From assembly GCA_024137785.1 (NCBI GenBank), contig JAHRHZ010000025.1:33724285-33788284 (forward strand): DNA of 64,000 nt. The letters run 5' to 3'. Position numbers and translations under genes: made by a program. Positions 37,006-50,845 of this stretch are shown piece by piece. This DNA comes from Ginglymostoma cirratum. Lineage: Eukaryota. Numbering within the stretch: the stretch's first letter is position 1; every line of letters starts with the position of its first letter. A model generated the notes under the pieces. The model saw only the letters and a list, made by a program, of their open reading frames with translations, made no database searches and was not told the DNA's origin.

Positions 37006-39711
37006 ATTAATAAAACAAAATTGGAGGATAACTTGTCACACCAGTTGCATTACAATTTACTGAAGATTGTTTGAACTGTGATGAAAGTCCACTCATTAAA
37101 ATTCAGCACAAAATGATCAATCAGAGGGTACAGTAGGCCTATTTTCCATCTATTAAGGCTGCCATGAAGCCCAAGGTACTTTGAACAAAACTTCCATTGA
37201 TGAAGTTGGCTCCTACTTTGAGACGACCAACAGTCTGCAACTGGGGAGCTTTCCTGGTTTACTGACACCCGTGCTGCCCAAGTATGAGGCAAAAAAATGT
37301 TTGTCTTTTTTAAGCAAAATCAGCCATGGCCATTTTAAAGTCTGTTAATTAGGCCACTCAATGTCTCCTTTAAATTTCCAAAGTAAAAGTGAAATCCCAA
37401 CTGAAATGTGCAGGCAGATTGACTGATCTAAAAGTTCTTAACAATGTAATAGTGAGTACAGCACTAAAGCAAAAATGTCAGTCAGTGACTCACCACATTT
37501 TCTGGTTACTATTGGCAAACTCTACACTAAATAATATCGTAATTTCAAAGTCACATGATATTTATAGATGGAGAAGGCCGCTCAGCCCTTCTTAATTCAT
37601 TGATCCAAACAGATCTTATTGTTATTGCATCCACATAGTCACTAAATGAAGCCAAAGTTTTAATCTCTTCTGTTCTGTTTGGAATTCCCATTGAATTGTT
37701 GATCATTCTCTAAATGAAGAACTTCCCGCCATCTGTGTTAAATTTATCTTTGATTTATATTATGTCTTTCCTATGTCTTTCATGCAGAGCAGTATCTTTT
37801 CCTTCATTTTGCCCATATCAATAGCCATCTGAAATGCTTCCAAAGAATTATCCCTTTGAACAAGCTGTGTTCTATTATGGGGTAATAACCTTATTTGGAT
37901 TAGAATTAAATGCACAGCATTTTCATTAATTTGATTAATTGTATTGTGATATTTGCACTATAATTGTGATAATTACATTAGGATTAATCATTTGCCAGTT
38001 GGAAAGGGCTACTGTTCACAGTTCCTTAATATTTCATTGATCTTTACCCTCTGTAACTTATTGTTAACACAGTCCAATCCCTCAACTATAGCACTTTTAA
38101 GGTGGACGAACCATGCATGTTGTAAGTTGAATCAACCATTACAATGCTATTATGCTAAAAATCCAGAACAGGTAATGCAAAATTCAATTTGATTCACAGG
38201 CATAAAACACTAAATTAGATAAAAGGACTGACATGTACTGACAGTTTGAATGTTATAATAATTCTTGCTTGAGAAGGCAACCAAAACAGTAATGAATCAG
38301 AACAATGTTTATGAAGATCTACTTTGTAATACTTAGAAGGAAATAAAATGTTTCTGACAGTTCCAATAGCAATTCTCACTGTTAAGAATCTCTTTGAACA
38401 TGTTGTGATGTGTTAGTCACTACATCATACATTCTTGTTTCTTTTTTATTGATTTCAATTTGAAAATAGAACAATTTGATTTTAAACACAGCTGTTAGGG
38501 TGGTAATCATTTTGCCACACAACAAAATATTCCCCCTCATAATCTTTCAAATGCATTTTATATGTGTAATTTTGGAAGGCAGAGATTGGCTATTGAAGTC
38601 ACTGAGGAATAAATCTCATCAGTTGTAAGCAACTGGTCATAAAGGCAGACAATTACTTGAAGACGTGGCGGCCACATTCAAGGCATTCAGACCATCAATA
38701 CAATTTTTCCATAATACCTATACAAACAAAATACCTTTTATTCAATGAAGATATATCTTGAAGACTTTTTAAGACTGCAGACTGTAAACAGAGAGTCACG
38801 TGGTCCTCACAAGTCTCAAACAGTATGATTTTCTGAACTTGGAATGTCCAATCTCTGAACTAATATAATGGATTTGTAATAATGCCCAAACTTTTGAAGT
38901 GACAGCTATTTGAACAATCTTATATAATATAATTCAGAAAGCGGAGTTGCTCTATTTTGAGTGTGAGACTCACATCTGCTAACAGTCAGTTGGAGGCTTC
39001 CCTATCCCCAGAGTACTTGCAGTTGGTGGAAGATATTTTTCAACCCATCAATCCATAATAGACTCAAAGTCTGAATTCCAAAGGTTAAAGAGCAATGTTC
39101 AAATCCATTATCCTTACTTGTGCACCTAGCTAAAAATTTTGTTTATTTTAAGTTAAGCTGCTGCCTAAAAATATGGAAACAAGATTTCACAAAAGACAAA
39201 AGAATAGTTTTTCATATGCCATTTGTAGCAGTAGACTGAATCTTACATTTTTCTAGCTAATTCTAAGGTGTGTCAATTTGTTTTGAAGCCTAAATGTTAC
39301 CATCTTCTCTACAATACCTCGTACATACTCAAGTCTCTGCTACCAGACCCACCTCCCACCAAGATTCATGTTCTATCACTCTCCCGATATCTTCCCTCAC
39401 TCACTGTTCCTCACTCCATGCCCAACAGCTCTAACCTTGTATTCTTTCTGTGCTGCCTTCTCACACGTCTGGCACACCTGCATCAGAACTAACAGCTGTG
39501 CTACCTGCTGTCACCTTCCATAATACCTGCCTCTCTCTCATTCCATGAAGAAAACAGTTCACAATAGAGCAGAAAGAGTAAAGATAGGTGGTGGGCTGCT
39601 TGTCATTCAGTTTCTCATCTCATCTGAGGAGAGAATCCTGACTCTGACTGCCCTGAGAAAAGATTGGACTAGTGTCAGAAGCTGTCCTTGACTTACTGTT
39701 GCAGACAAGAT

Positions 39712-40034
39712 TTCATAGAATCCCTACAGTGTGAAAACAGGCCCTTCGGCTCAACAAGTGCACATCAACCCTCAAAGCATCCCACCCAGACCCAGCTGCC
39801 TATAACCTACCTAATCTACACATCCCTGAACACTACATGAATTTAGCATGGGCAATCCACCTAGCCTGCATATCTTTGGACTGTGGGAGGAAACCAGAGC
39901 ATCCAGAGCACCCAGAGGAAACCCACACAGACAGGGGAGAGCATGCAAACTCCACACAGACAGTCACCCGGGGGTGGCATCGAACCCAGGTCCCTTGCAC
40001 TGTGAGGCAGCAGCACTAACCACAGAGCCACCGT
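39712..40034 (-). mobile_element. HE1-type V-SINE
   Basis: catagaatccctacagtgtg...aatttagcatgg.caatccacctagcctgcat.tctttggactgtgggaggaaacc...gtgaggcagcagcactaaccac. Confidence 0.85.
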
Positions 40035-40244
40035 AATTTCTGGCTTGGCCAGGTGGATCTCATTGACTATGGGATTGTTAACCTGGGCCAATCAGGGAGC
40101 CCAGACAGATATAAACAGGAGATTCAGAAAGTCTCCTCAGTCCAGGAATTGGCTCTGGGCTGGCTGGTCAGAGCCCATGTACTGCACAAATATGAATAAA
40201 GGGTGACTTGGTAACGGGATACTGGCCTCTGTGCAGTTATTTCA
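40033..40244 (+). mobile_element. Short solo LTR (Gypsy-like)
   Basis: Ordered CCAAT (gggccaatcag), TATA (gatataaa) and AATAAA (40195-40200), ending gttatttca. Confidence 0.6.
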
Positions 40245-40550
40245 CAGTGGCAATATGAATCTGGTATCTGTAGCTGAGGGAGCAAAACACAAGCACTCAA
40301 GGTAAGGCAGAGATGTTACAGGCATCCATTTACATTCAGAATAAGTGAACACTAAAACTGCAAATAAAAATTCTAGAGGTGCAGCCCAGTCCAGTCCATG
40401 AGCTGGGTGTATGTCCCTGAGTGCAATGTCCTTGCTGCAGCATTACAGTAATAATTGCTAGTGCAATCCTAGGTGTAGCAATAATGGAGAGGAGCATCGT
40501 GTAAGTGGGTTCTTAAAGGCTGGCACATGAAGGATGGCAATGTTTGTTTG

Positions 40551-41480
40551 CATAGAATCATAGAGTTATACAGCATGGAAACAGACCCTTCACTCCAACC
40601 AGTCCATGCTGACCATAATCCCAAACTAAACAAGTCCCACCTGCCTGTGTTTGACCCATATTCCTCCAAATATTTCTTTTTCACATATTTGTCTAAACAT
40701 TTTTTAAATGTTGTAACTGTGCCCACATTCACTACTTCCTCTGGCAGTTCATTCCACACAAGAACCACTTCCTGTCCAAAAAAACTCTCCCATGTAAATT
40801 TTTAGATCTTTCTCCTCTCACCTTAAAAATATGCCCCCTAGTCTTGAAATCCACCACACTCGGGAAACAATGCCTGCCATTCACCTTATCTTTACTCCTC
40901 TTGATTTTATAAACCTCTATAAGTTCACTCTTTAACCTCCTATGCTCCAGTGAAAAATGTTTCAGCCTATCCAACCTCTCCTTCCAACTCTGGATATTTA
41001 TATAAATGATTTGGATGAGAATATAGAAAGCATAGTTAGTAAATTTGCGGACAACATGAAATGGTTAGTGTTGTAGAGAGTGAAGATGGCTTTTTAAGAA
41101 TACAAAGGGATCTTGATCAAATGGGTCAATGAGCTGAAAAATGGCAGATGCAGTTCAATCTGGATAAATGTGAGGTATTGCATTTTGGTATAACAAACAA
41201 GAGTAGGGCTTATACAATTAATGCCTTCTGGAGTGTTGTTGAACAGAGGGACCTGGGTGTAATAAATAATTGTTTGAAGTTTCGTCACATATAGACAGGA
41301 TAGTTCAAAAGGCTTTTGGCACACTTGCTTTCATTACTCAGTCCTTTGAGTATAGGAGTTTGGAAGTCATATTGAGGTTTACAGAACATTGGTGATGCCT
41401 CTTCTGAAATACTATGTCCCGTTCTGGTCGCCCAATTATAGGAAGGATACTATTAAGCTGGCAAGAGTTCAGAAGAGATT
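40551..41480 (-). mobile_element. CR1 LINE with 5' inversion (3' part minus 40551-40990, RT part plus 40991-41480)
   Basis: The plus part reads IYINDLDENIESIVSKFADN...KWQMQFNLDKCEVLHFG...FWSPNYRKDTIKLARVQKRF. The minus part resumes at ERLDRL..FSLE.RRL and runs to the tail. Confidence 0.8.
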
Positions 41481-41599
41481 CTGGAGGTAACTGTGTGAGC
41501 AAAATGAGAAGTATCAGAGAATGATTACTGACTGGACTGCAGCAGCCAAGTATCCTGCAGTTCCACTTACTTTTGACAGTCCTCAAGTAATGACAAATA

Positions 41600-41865
41600 A
41601 TCTGTCTGGCAGCTTGGTGCTAACTTGAACAGCTAGTCATAATGTGCTGCCTTCTGAAAGTGAACATGGCCCCAGAGGGCAATTCATTGCTGTCTCATTA
41701 GGGAGGGATGGTACTGTATTTTTAGCTGTGGGTCACCATGCCATAGATGAGAGGTGAGGTCAAGAAAGCACCAGCATCATGGTGACTACAGCCAATACAG
41801 GAATTGAACCAGCAATGCTGGTATCACCTTGCATTGCAAACCAGCTGTCCAGCCAACTAAGCTAT
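41600..41865 (-). mobile_element. tRNA-derived SINE
   Basis: Reverse reads tagcttagttggctggacagctggtttgcaatgc...gctggttcaattcctg (A and B boxes). Confidence 0.55.
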
Positions 41866-43639
41866 CCAATCTTCAACCTTCTGCATGACTTAGCTCTACA
41901 AAGAAGCGAGTTAATATTGTTAGCGTTGGGAGAAAAGAAAAGCTTACGTAGCTTCATAATTGGTAAAGGCAAGCAGCTTATCTACGAATAATAGTAACTA
42001 GGATGGAAGCTTTTTATTGGAGGCTAGCCAGAGTAGTTTAGATGGTAGATTGGTTAATAAACATATGTGTGATTGGGATGGAGGTAGGTTTGAGGATTTT
42101 AGGATGAACAACATTCAATGAGCTTTTGGCAGTTTCATTCTTTGAATCATCAGCTGCTTCTGTTTGCTGATTCTAAGAGCTCTCCCATTTTATAGAAGGT
42201 AGAATATTGTCCTTAACATGCTATCGGGGCTTTACTGTAGGAAGGCACAAGATGAATCCTATTGTCCATTTAATTAGTGCTTTCATTATGTGATGACTAC
42301 AATTGTGACCGTTTACCATCAGTTTCAGACTGGGGTCATCATTCAAATCTGAGGGGGACAGACTTGGTTTTCCAGTAACCAGTCTGGGCTGTAGAACTCC
42401 TCAACAAAGAGCAGAGAAATGCTGCACTGCGCAAGACATAGACATAATGAGAGCTACGTAGAAGGTGGCTACACACCTTTATGAACCCAATGTACAAATT
42501 TTAATCAACTTCTTGTCATTTGGCTGACTATAAAACTTCTGTGATGGAAATGTTGCTATTAGGATTCTGCTTACCTTCAGAAAGGATGAAAATCAGCCCT
42601 AAAAATTGGTTACAACTTATATTAGTAGGAGTAATGACAGCTGAATTGATATAGTTCCAGATTATTTCCATCATTTACTTTGAAAATAAATAAATGTGAC
42701 ATTAACTTGTCCCAATAATTACTCTTAATAAGGTTCATGTTTGCAAATGACGATTCAAACTGACCATATTAATGAACATATGGACAATATAATTATTAGA
42801 CGTTTAAGAAGGATGCATGTTTCACTGATAAGAATTACCCTAACAGTGAGCCAGATCATTATCAAGTATTATTATCAGCATGTTGCATTACCTGCAGATG
42901 CTTGAGATTTTTGACACTTATATACTTATCCAATGTACTTCTAATATAAAGAACTGATATGTCATGCTTTCATACTGACCCTAGGCTCCTTGGCAAAATC
43001 ACTCTGTCAGTGAGCTGCACCAAATTCTGTTGCAGGTAGGAAAGGAATGGAGAGTGCTCAAATGCAAACTTGCATTGGTGGAATTATTCTTGGGAACGGG
43101 TGCATTTTCCCTCCAGTTATTTAAGATACTGTGGGATAGGGTACTGATGTTTCTGCAATTTCTGTATTTTCTATTGGGTGTCACATTCGTGGCAATTAAA
43201 AGATCAGTGACCTCAATGGGAAAGGCAATCCTTGTGCAATTGGCTTGAGAGCTGACTCTTTAAATCTTTTTAAAGTCTGTCAGGAATGCAATGAGATTTG
43301 CTACAGGATCTGCAACCAGGTGAGCACTCTTTCTCTTTCTTTATAAACCAAGGTCACAGAGATTGAGAAATTATTGGCAGCTGACACCTCCCAGAGGGAA
43401 AAATGCATCTTGTTGTCCAGGAAACAAAATAAGAAGTTCAGAAAAGTTTACAAACTGCATAACAATCTGTAACACTGTGTCTACACTCAAGTTTTAATAA
43501 TGCGCAGGTGAAATTTGATATGAAACTTGAAGACTGATAATAAGACAAGATTGACTTCTAAAAAGTCTTCAAAGCAGATGTGGGTTTCATTAGTATACAT
43601 AGCATTTTCTCACTTTCCTAACTGCCCTTACAAAATGAC

Positions 43640-43950
43640 GTTGGGCATTCTAGAAATTTGATACTCAGATAGAATATACTGTTTGCTTGGTCTCTTCAGA
43701 GAGCAGTTAAAAGTCAACAATGTTAGTGTGGAACTGGAGCCCAACATTGATCAGACCAGGTAAGGGTGACAAGTTATTTTATTGAAAGAAAATTAGTTGC
43801 ATTTTAATGAAAATTAGGCATTTTCATTGGCACTTTTAATATTGCCAGATTCTTTTTTTTAGAAACTGAGTTCATATTCTCACACTGTCAGAGTTAGATT
43901 TGAACTCATGTTTGCCAGATTATTAGCACAGGTCTCTGAATTACACAGCA
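43640..43950 (-). mobile_element. Shark tRNA-derived SINE
   Basis: gcagttaaaagtcaac...ctggagc...cagaccaggtaaggg...gatttgaactcatg. Confidence 0.6.
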
Positions 43951-46095
43951 TATCTACTGCACTAGCCTAGTTTTTTGACCAGATTCTAGGTCTTGTCAAC
44001 AATGGATAATCCATACCATTCTTGTTTATGAGTACCATGATATCTTTTTCTTGTTGGGTATGAGGTGATCCATCAGTTGCAACTTGCAATTTGAACTGAC
44101 TAAATCCATCCTCAGACAGGATATTCAAATGAAGAGCAATAATGATACATTGAGAGTTAAACATATTATGTATTTCTTCTCACCTTAGCATCTCAAAACT
44201 TGTACTGATCCCCAACAGAATTTAAATGAATGCACTGTACTCAAAGAATATTTCTAACCAAAAGATGAAGCATTAATTTTGTTGGTTTTCAGGTGAGGCT
44301 AGCCTGTATTGCAAATCTCAGACTCAGTGTCCTTAATCTCACAATTCCATTTCAATTATATAGTAGATGACCGATTGTATTTGTTCGAACTAAATGTTAC
44401 TTTAAATTTTCTTTGTCATTTTAATCCTTTCTACTTCAACTGTACTTGAAGACAAGCATACATACAATATAAGGAATGAATATGAACCTGTGACCTTAAA
44501 TTGTGCAGTATGACATAACCATCCACCAGTTTGTCTCTTCTGTCAAACTAGCACTTTAGCTTGTTTACTTAGACTTTGCATGCATTATCTACATAAGTAT
44601 AATTCATCTGTAGTGAGTGTCATATTTGAAACTTGTCAATTGCATCATGCATCATCGAACACTCTTTTAAATACTTATTATCAGCACAGTAGTCACTGAC
44701 TTCAATCAGCTATCTTGGCTTGGTCAAAGATCCCATTGCCACTGCAACAATCAGAAAAGTTACTATTCAAACCAACAACCAGTTCTACCCATCAAATCAA
44801 ACTGCTTAACTTTACCGTAAAAAATGTTTTGCAGTCACCTTGTGTTGTCACAATTCTCACACTGCATAGATTAACTAATATTTAGAACATGGTAAATACA
44901 AAAAATCTAAATCTGTTTGGTGAAACAGTATGATTAGTCATAAGATCAGTCATTCTTATGTAAAAAATTAGCTCTAAGGACATTTCGACCCAGGCTCATC
45001 ATCTCCTGGTCATGCAGACTTAAATAGCAGTTCGAACCATGTTAAAACATCCCAAGGTCTTTCAAAGAGGTGCAATTAAATGTATGAATGCCAAGCAAAG
45101 GAGGAGCTATTGAGAGGAATGTCCAAAGAAGTAGTATTCAGATGAATTAGACTGTAGGAGTTAAATTGGTATATTTATTCACAGTGAATGTAAACAGTAC
45201 ATGTCTCCCATGTGACCCTTGTACCAGATGGAATTTCTGCACTCTTGAGAGTGTCGGCAGGGATGTGCAGGAAAACTTTGTGAAAAAATGGAAGTTAACA
45301 TGGACAAAATATTCTCGAGACCTTGGAGTCAGGGGAGATTCGGGTTCAGGGAGGTGACAGCTACTGACAAGGAATGAGTCAAATAATGCCAGACCAGGAT
45401 AAGCCTTAGTGGTCCTTGGTAAAAAGAATTAGATATTAACAATATTAACATATGACCAACAATATGTATATCCGTTTGTTACGATTAGATGAAACAAGAT
45501 TGAAATTTGGATAATGAAGATGCATATGTAAGTCGAATAATATGAGAGTGAAAACTTATCTGTATCTCTCTGAGTCTTAATCCTATCTAACTGGGATGAC
45601 ACTCTCCCAATGTTCACTTGAATAAATGATCATAAATCTGTATTCAGCTTCTGCTGATGAATTATCAGAAGTTACCACAACAAGTAGATTTTAAAGAAGC
45701 TTTTGAGCTCCTGATGAGTGAGAGCAATGGGTGAGAGATCAGAATTCAGATTACAAGTGATGTTTTTCTGAGTTATCAGTCCATATGATTGTCACTCATC
45801 AACAAATTCTGCTTTAAAAATATGTCCCTACTTCCTAATTGAACAAACAATAAAAAAAGTTTGTTCAATTTTTTTGAACAACAATTTTTTTTAAACAATT
45901 GTGTTTATTTTTATAATTATCTTCCCTGGTCCATTGCTGCTATACTGTGCTCTATTTTTGCATTTACTCCTTGGTTCATTCCTATTAGACCTTTCCTTGT
46001 CGTGTTTCATAGTTCATCACACCTACTTGATGTAACCGTATCAAAATCAACTCAGAGTAAATCAAGAATGAAGAATTTAAGCTGCTCTTTTCTTT

Positions 46096-46565
46096 ATAGA
46101 GTCATAGAGTCATGCAACATGGAAACAGACCCTTCGGTCTAACCCAGTCCATGCCAAACATTTCCCTCCAAACCTTTCCTATTCACATACTTATCCAAGT
46201 GTCTTTTAAATGTTGAACATGTACCCATATCCATCACTTCATCAGGTGTTCCATTCCACACGTGTGAACCACCCTCCATGTAAAAGATTTGCCCCTCGTG
46301 TCTTTTTTTAAAAAATCTCTCTCCTTAAAAATGTACCCCCTAGTCTTGAAATTCCCCATCCTGGGGAAAAGACTATTGCCATTAACCCTATCAATAGCCC
46401 TCATTATTTATAAACTTCTGTAAGGTTGCCTCTCAACCTTCTATGCTCAAGTGAAAAAACTCCCAGCCTATCCAGCTTTTCTTCACAATTCAAACCTTCT
46501 ATACCCAGCAACATCCTGGTAAATCTCTTCTGAACCCTTCCCAGCTTAATAATATGCTTCCTATG
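46096..46565 (-). mobile_element. CR1 3' fragment
   Basis: atagagtcatagagtcat tail; ggcaacatcctggtaaatctcttctgaaccct-type RVQKRFTRML motif in reverse. Confidence 0.85.
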
Positions 46566-48419
46566 CTCATGAGAACATTCTTACTAATGCAACTATATTC
46601 TGCGTTCCTACAATATTCTTATATTTTGTCTTGGTTAATAAATTATTTAGTATTCCAAAACGAATGGAAATTATGGTTGTTCAAAGTGAAAAAGAAATCA
46701 GTATTCAGATACAGGAGTGAGAGCTGGTATTTCCACAGGGAATTAAGAGAGAAAGAAGACAAGTTTGTAGATAGACACCAGAAAGCTATGTCATGTCGTC
46801 TGATTAAAAACCTATTAACAGCCTGTACTGATTTTAAAGCTGACATGTTATAATAACTCTGAAACAAAACCACCCGACATCTGCATTCTCCATGGACACA
46901 GATTTTATTAGGTTAAACATTCTCAGTCCAGGGTGGGGCATATTAATGGGTTAGATCAGTCTCAGTGACACAATTATTGCATGTATTTACCATTTTCCTG
47001 GGAGTCTTTTCATGCCAGCAGTAGAAATGCCAAAAAATAGAGTGTTTGATCACAACTTAAGAAATCTAAAACTTTATATTATCAATACACAAATACCTTC
47101 GTGAATTATTAGAAAGAATCAGCCATTTTTTACGATAGAAAAGTGCCTTATTTCAGTCAGTTATATTACATTCTGCTGCTTATAAACCTACAGATGAAAG
47201 CAATTAGAGATTAATAAAAGAAAATTAGATGTCTGCTATGCAGTTACTGTTGTAAAGAAATATTAATTTATCTTTGTAATATACAATCACTGCTCTAATA
47301 AAATATACAATTAATATAATAAACTACCACTGATATATTATGCAATTATTGTAATCATATATAGTAACATAATATAATTATTTATATAATCACTGCTACA
47401 CACTATAATTAAAGTTAACTTATTACCACTACAATAGTTTTTAATGCAAAATATACAAACACTATTAAGTAAATATAATTATTGCTACTAAATTAACTTC
47501 TGTCATAAACATGAACTGTAACCAAGGTGTTGTTTTGACTTATAAAGTAACAAACAAAAAACCTTGGATTTTTTTTGGGAAATATTAACAGTTATTTGAG
47601 TCCAAATTTGCTATCCCATCATGTCATATTTTGCACCATTGATGCTCCCAGCACCATTCATTATCTCACTGGCTCGTGAAATAAAGCAAGAGTACCATAA
47701 AGAAGGGGTTACTGCAACTCTCATGAAGGCTCTCTATTATCCCAAAGGATGTTGACACAACTATGCCTCCACAGTGTCTCCTTCTTTCCAAAAAAAAGAC
47801 ATGCGCAAGTTTCAGGCCAGTGCTCTGTAATAGGAGAAAGTGAAATACAGAAGGTGATGTCAGGATGGAAAGGAAGTGATGGAAGATGTGAAAAGTAACA
47901 ATTCTTTAATGTCATTTTACCATCCCCTGTAAGCTACATGATGGATGCAGGTTGCCACTTTCGAATAAGTTTGTGCGCTTGATGGTAAGTGATGCCTCAG
48001 GTTATGCAGTTCCTGACAAGGGAATGTCAGCTCTGAATTAACACTTTTGATAGAGTTCATGGCAGAAACAAAGTGGAAAGTGTAAGAGAATAATAACACA
48101 ATTATTAAATGAAAGGATATGGAAAGCAAGAGGAAACAAGATTGTCATTCAGGCAGGGCAAGCAGTCATACAGACGTAAAGGCCAACATTACTGTCAAAT
48201 GTTACTTGTGTCACTTCTGTAAAATGTTAAAACATGCAATAGAAAATCCCACATTTATATGCCTTTCATGAACTCAGGAGCAATGTTTCCTAAGAGCTGC
48301 ACAGATATATACAATGCAGCAATCTAGAATGTGTGGAACTGGAAACAAATGCACTAGGCAGAGCCAATGCTTACTCACATCCACATGGCAGATATAACCA
48401 GATTGCAATGGGCAACAAA

Positions 48420-48735
48420 GATAAAATTTGACTTAACATTGCCTAGGAGGCACTTTACAGCCAATGAAATAGTTTTGTATCTGTGGTCACGTAGAAATAC
48501 GGCAGGATCCCACAAACGCCAGAGAGATAATGTACAGTTTTAGTGCTGCTGTTAAGGGGTAAATATTGCCCCAGGGGCAAGGGATAACGCCCTTGAGCTT
48601 CTTCAAAATAGTGCCATAGGCATGCAAGACCTTGGTTTAATATCTTAATGGAAGAAAGGCACCTCCAAAACTTTAACCCTTAACCATTGCTACCAGAAGT
48701 GTCAGCCTAGACAACATATTTAGGTCTCCTTTCCT
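48420..48735 (-). mobile_element. Deu-domain SINE
   Basis: gcactttacagccaatgaa...taaatattgccccagg...cttcttcaaaatagtgccat...cttggtttaatatct. Confidence 0.65.
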
Positions 48736-50649
48736 GCAATCAATACTGAAAGTAGAAGCTACTTACTTAATCTTTTGTATGCAAGAAGTTTGCTGCACAG
48801 GTTGGCATAAGCGTGTCTGACAGACAGCGCTAGTCCTTGCATGGTTCGTCAGGAACTATTCCAGAAATACAAAGTTTTCTTATTCTGATTAATCACTCAT
48901 TTTGGATTTTCTTGCCGTCATGAAGAAATTACTCATATTTTCATCTTTCTTCTGAAAGGGAATCTGAAAAATGAGGGATTCTTCCCTAAACCAAACAAAA
49001 AGTTGAAGAAGTGCAATTGAGGGCAGGGCAACATTGCAAAAGTAGAGGTGAGGAGTCATATTCAATGTTATCTTTGACAAGAAAGTAATTAGACAATAGC
49101 TGAAAAGAGGTAGAATTATACTAAACGCAGGTGAGAGAGAACTGTTGTGATTGAAAAATTACGTAAATTCAGCATCAGAGCATCCTTGTTCCTTTCATTA
49201 ATTTGTTACTGCAATCAACTTTGCATTTCTGGGCTATTTTTAATCTTTTGTGGTCTCACAGGTGTCTTTTACATTGTTTTTCTGAAATAATCCAAGTACA
49301 TGATTCAGCACATTCTCATTTCATTCATCTTTATCTTGTTCCGAGACTATAGGGTTCTTCTCAGAGGCAATAATTAGAAAACATGACTCTTAACTTGCTC
49401 TTTTCATTCAAGTCCTATGAAAAGATTTCTAAAAATCCAGTTCCAATGAAAAATCTACAACCAGACCTTTTCTTGGACAATGTTCCAATAGATGTCCAAT
49501 GAGTTGACTTTTTTTATTTCTATTGCTTACACTATTTTTTTCTTTTGAACACCAGTCTTATCTCAAATCATATTTTTGGTTCTTAAATGTAGGATTTGAC
49601 TTGTTCAAGAGCTTATTATCATCTTGCACCTAGGGAGGTTTTCTTGAAATTAGTTGTCTCACAACAGGAAGTCCAAACATTTAATTAATAACAACATTTC
49701 CAAGACTGTTCAGAAGGTTCAGTTATGCTCCCTGTGTGGTATATTCTAAACAAAATTATGAAAACTACATCCCCTTTAATTAGCAATTGTTTGGAAATCA
49801 ATAATTGACATAATTAGAGAGTGTCCAAAACCTTTTTTCTGATTTCTATTCATCTCTGTGCCAGGTGTTTATTGAAATTCCCCTTAAATACATCAACCTT
49901 TAAAATAGGAAAACATTAGGGTCTAGACTATCTTCTGAATATTTTGGGGAGGTTTGGTCGAGGTAACAAATCTCAGCTGTAATGCTTCAAATAGCGCAGC
50001 ACTTGCAGTTTATTTTAGGGAGAAAGCTTTGATTTCCACTTCCTTTTGCGCATTAATTTCACACCTAAATTCACTTCTGAATGGAACACCCTAAGTCTTT
50101 AAGATTGTACCCCTTTGGTTTTGATTTTCTTGCCTGTGGAAATCATTTCTCTGTATCTATCTTTCCATATTTGTAATACTTCAATGTAGATTATGCATCA
50201 TCATTCTATAAAAAAGAAACTAAATAAAGTTTATGTTGGTTTGTGATTCTTGTCAGAACTACTAATCAATATTAACAAGTTGTAAGCCTAACACCAAAAC
50301 AAAATGGATCAATCAAAATACTATTGTTGAGCGCTTGATTTTTCATGAGTGCTCCAAACTAATTTTTTTTAAATTATGCTCAATAGTTCTTATTATCTGG
50401 AATTACATGTCTGTGAAGAAAGGCTTTATTTTACATGAAACAGGATATGCCGTATTTCTCAGTTACCTCTACTCTCTATCGTAATGTAGAACAAGAGGAG
50501 TTAAAGATTGCATAGATTTCAGCTAGTTTAGAAATATATCCTCCTTTCTGATGTCAAACCAACACTAAAGGAACAAAAAATTTTCAAAGTGGACCAGAAT
50601 ATTGACTAATTCCCTGCCTTTGTACATGCTTAACAATTGTTTTGCCTAT

Positions 50650-50740
50650 CTCAGCCAATGAAAGGTCACCAACCTGAAATATTAGCTCTGTTTTAACCCC
50701 TACCAATGCAGCCTAATCTTCTGAGTATATTGTGAGTGAC
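50650..50740 (+). mobile_element. Decayed PLE end
   Basis: ccaatgaaaggtcaccaacctgaaatattagctctg parallels ctgaggaagggtcaccggacccgaaacgttaactctg at 655. Confidence 0.5.
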
Positions 50741-50845
50741 TCATGCATACTTTAATATCATTTATTTTAGTGTTTGGAATTTGAAGCAGTGGCATATGGG
50801 TTTGGTCTCTGTGTGAAGCGGTGTAATGTAGGGCTTTCTGAAGCC

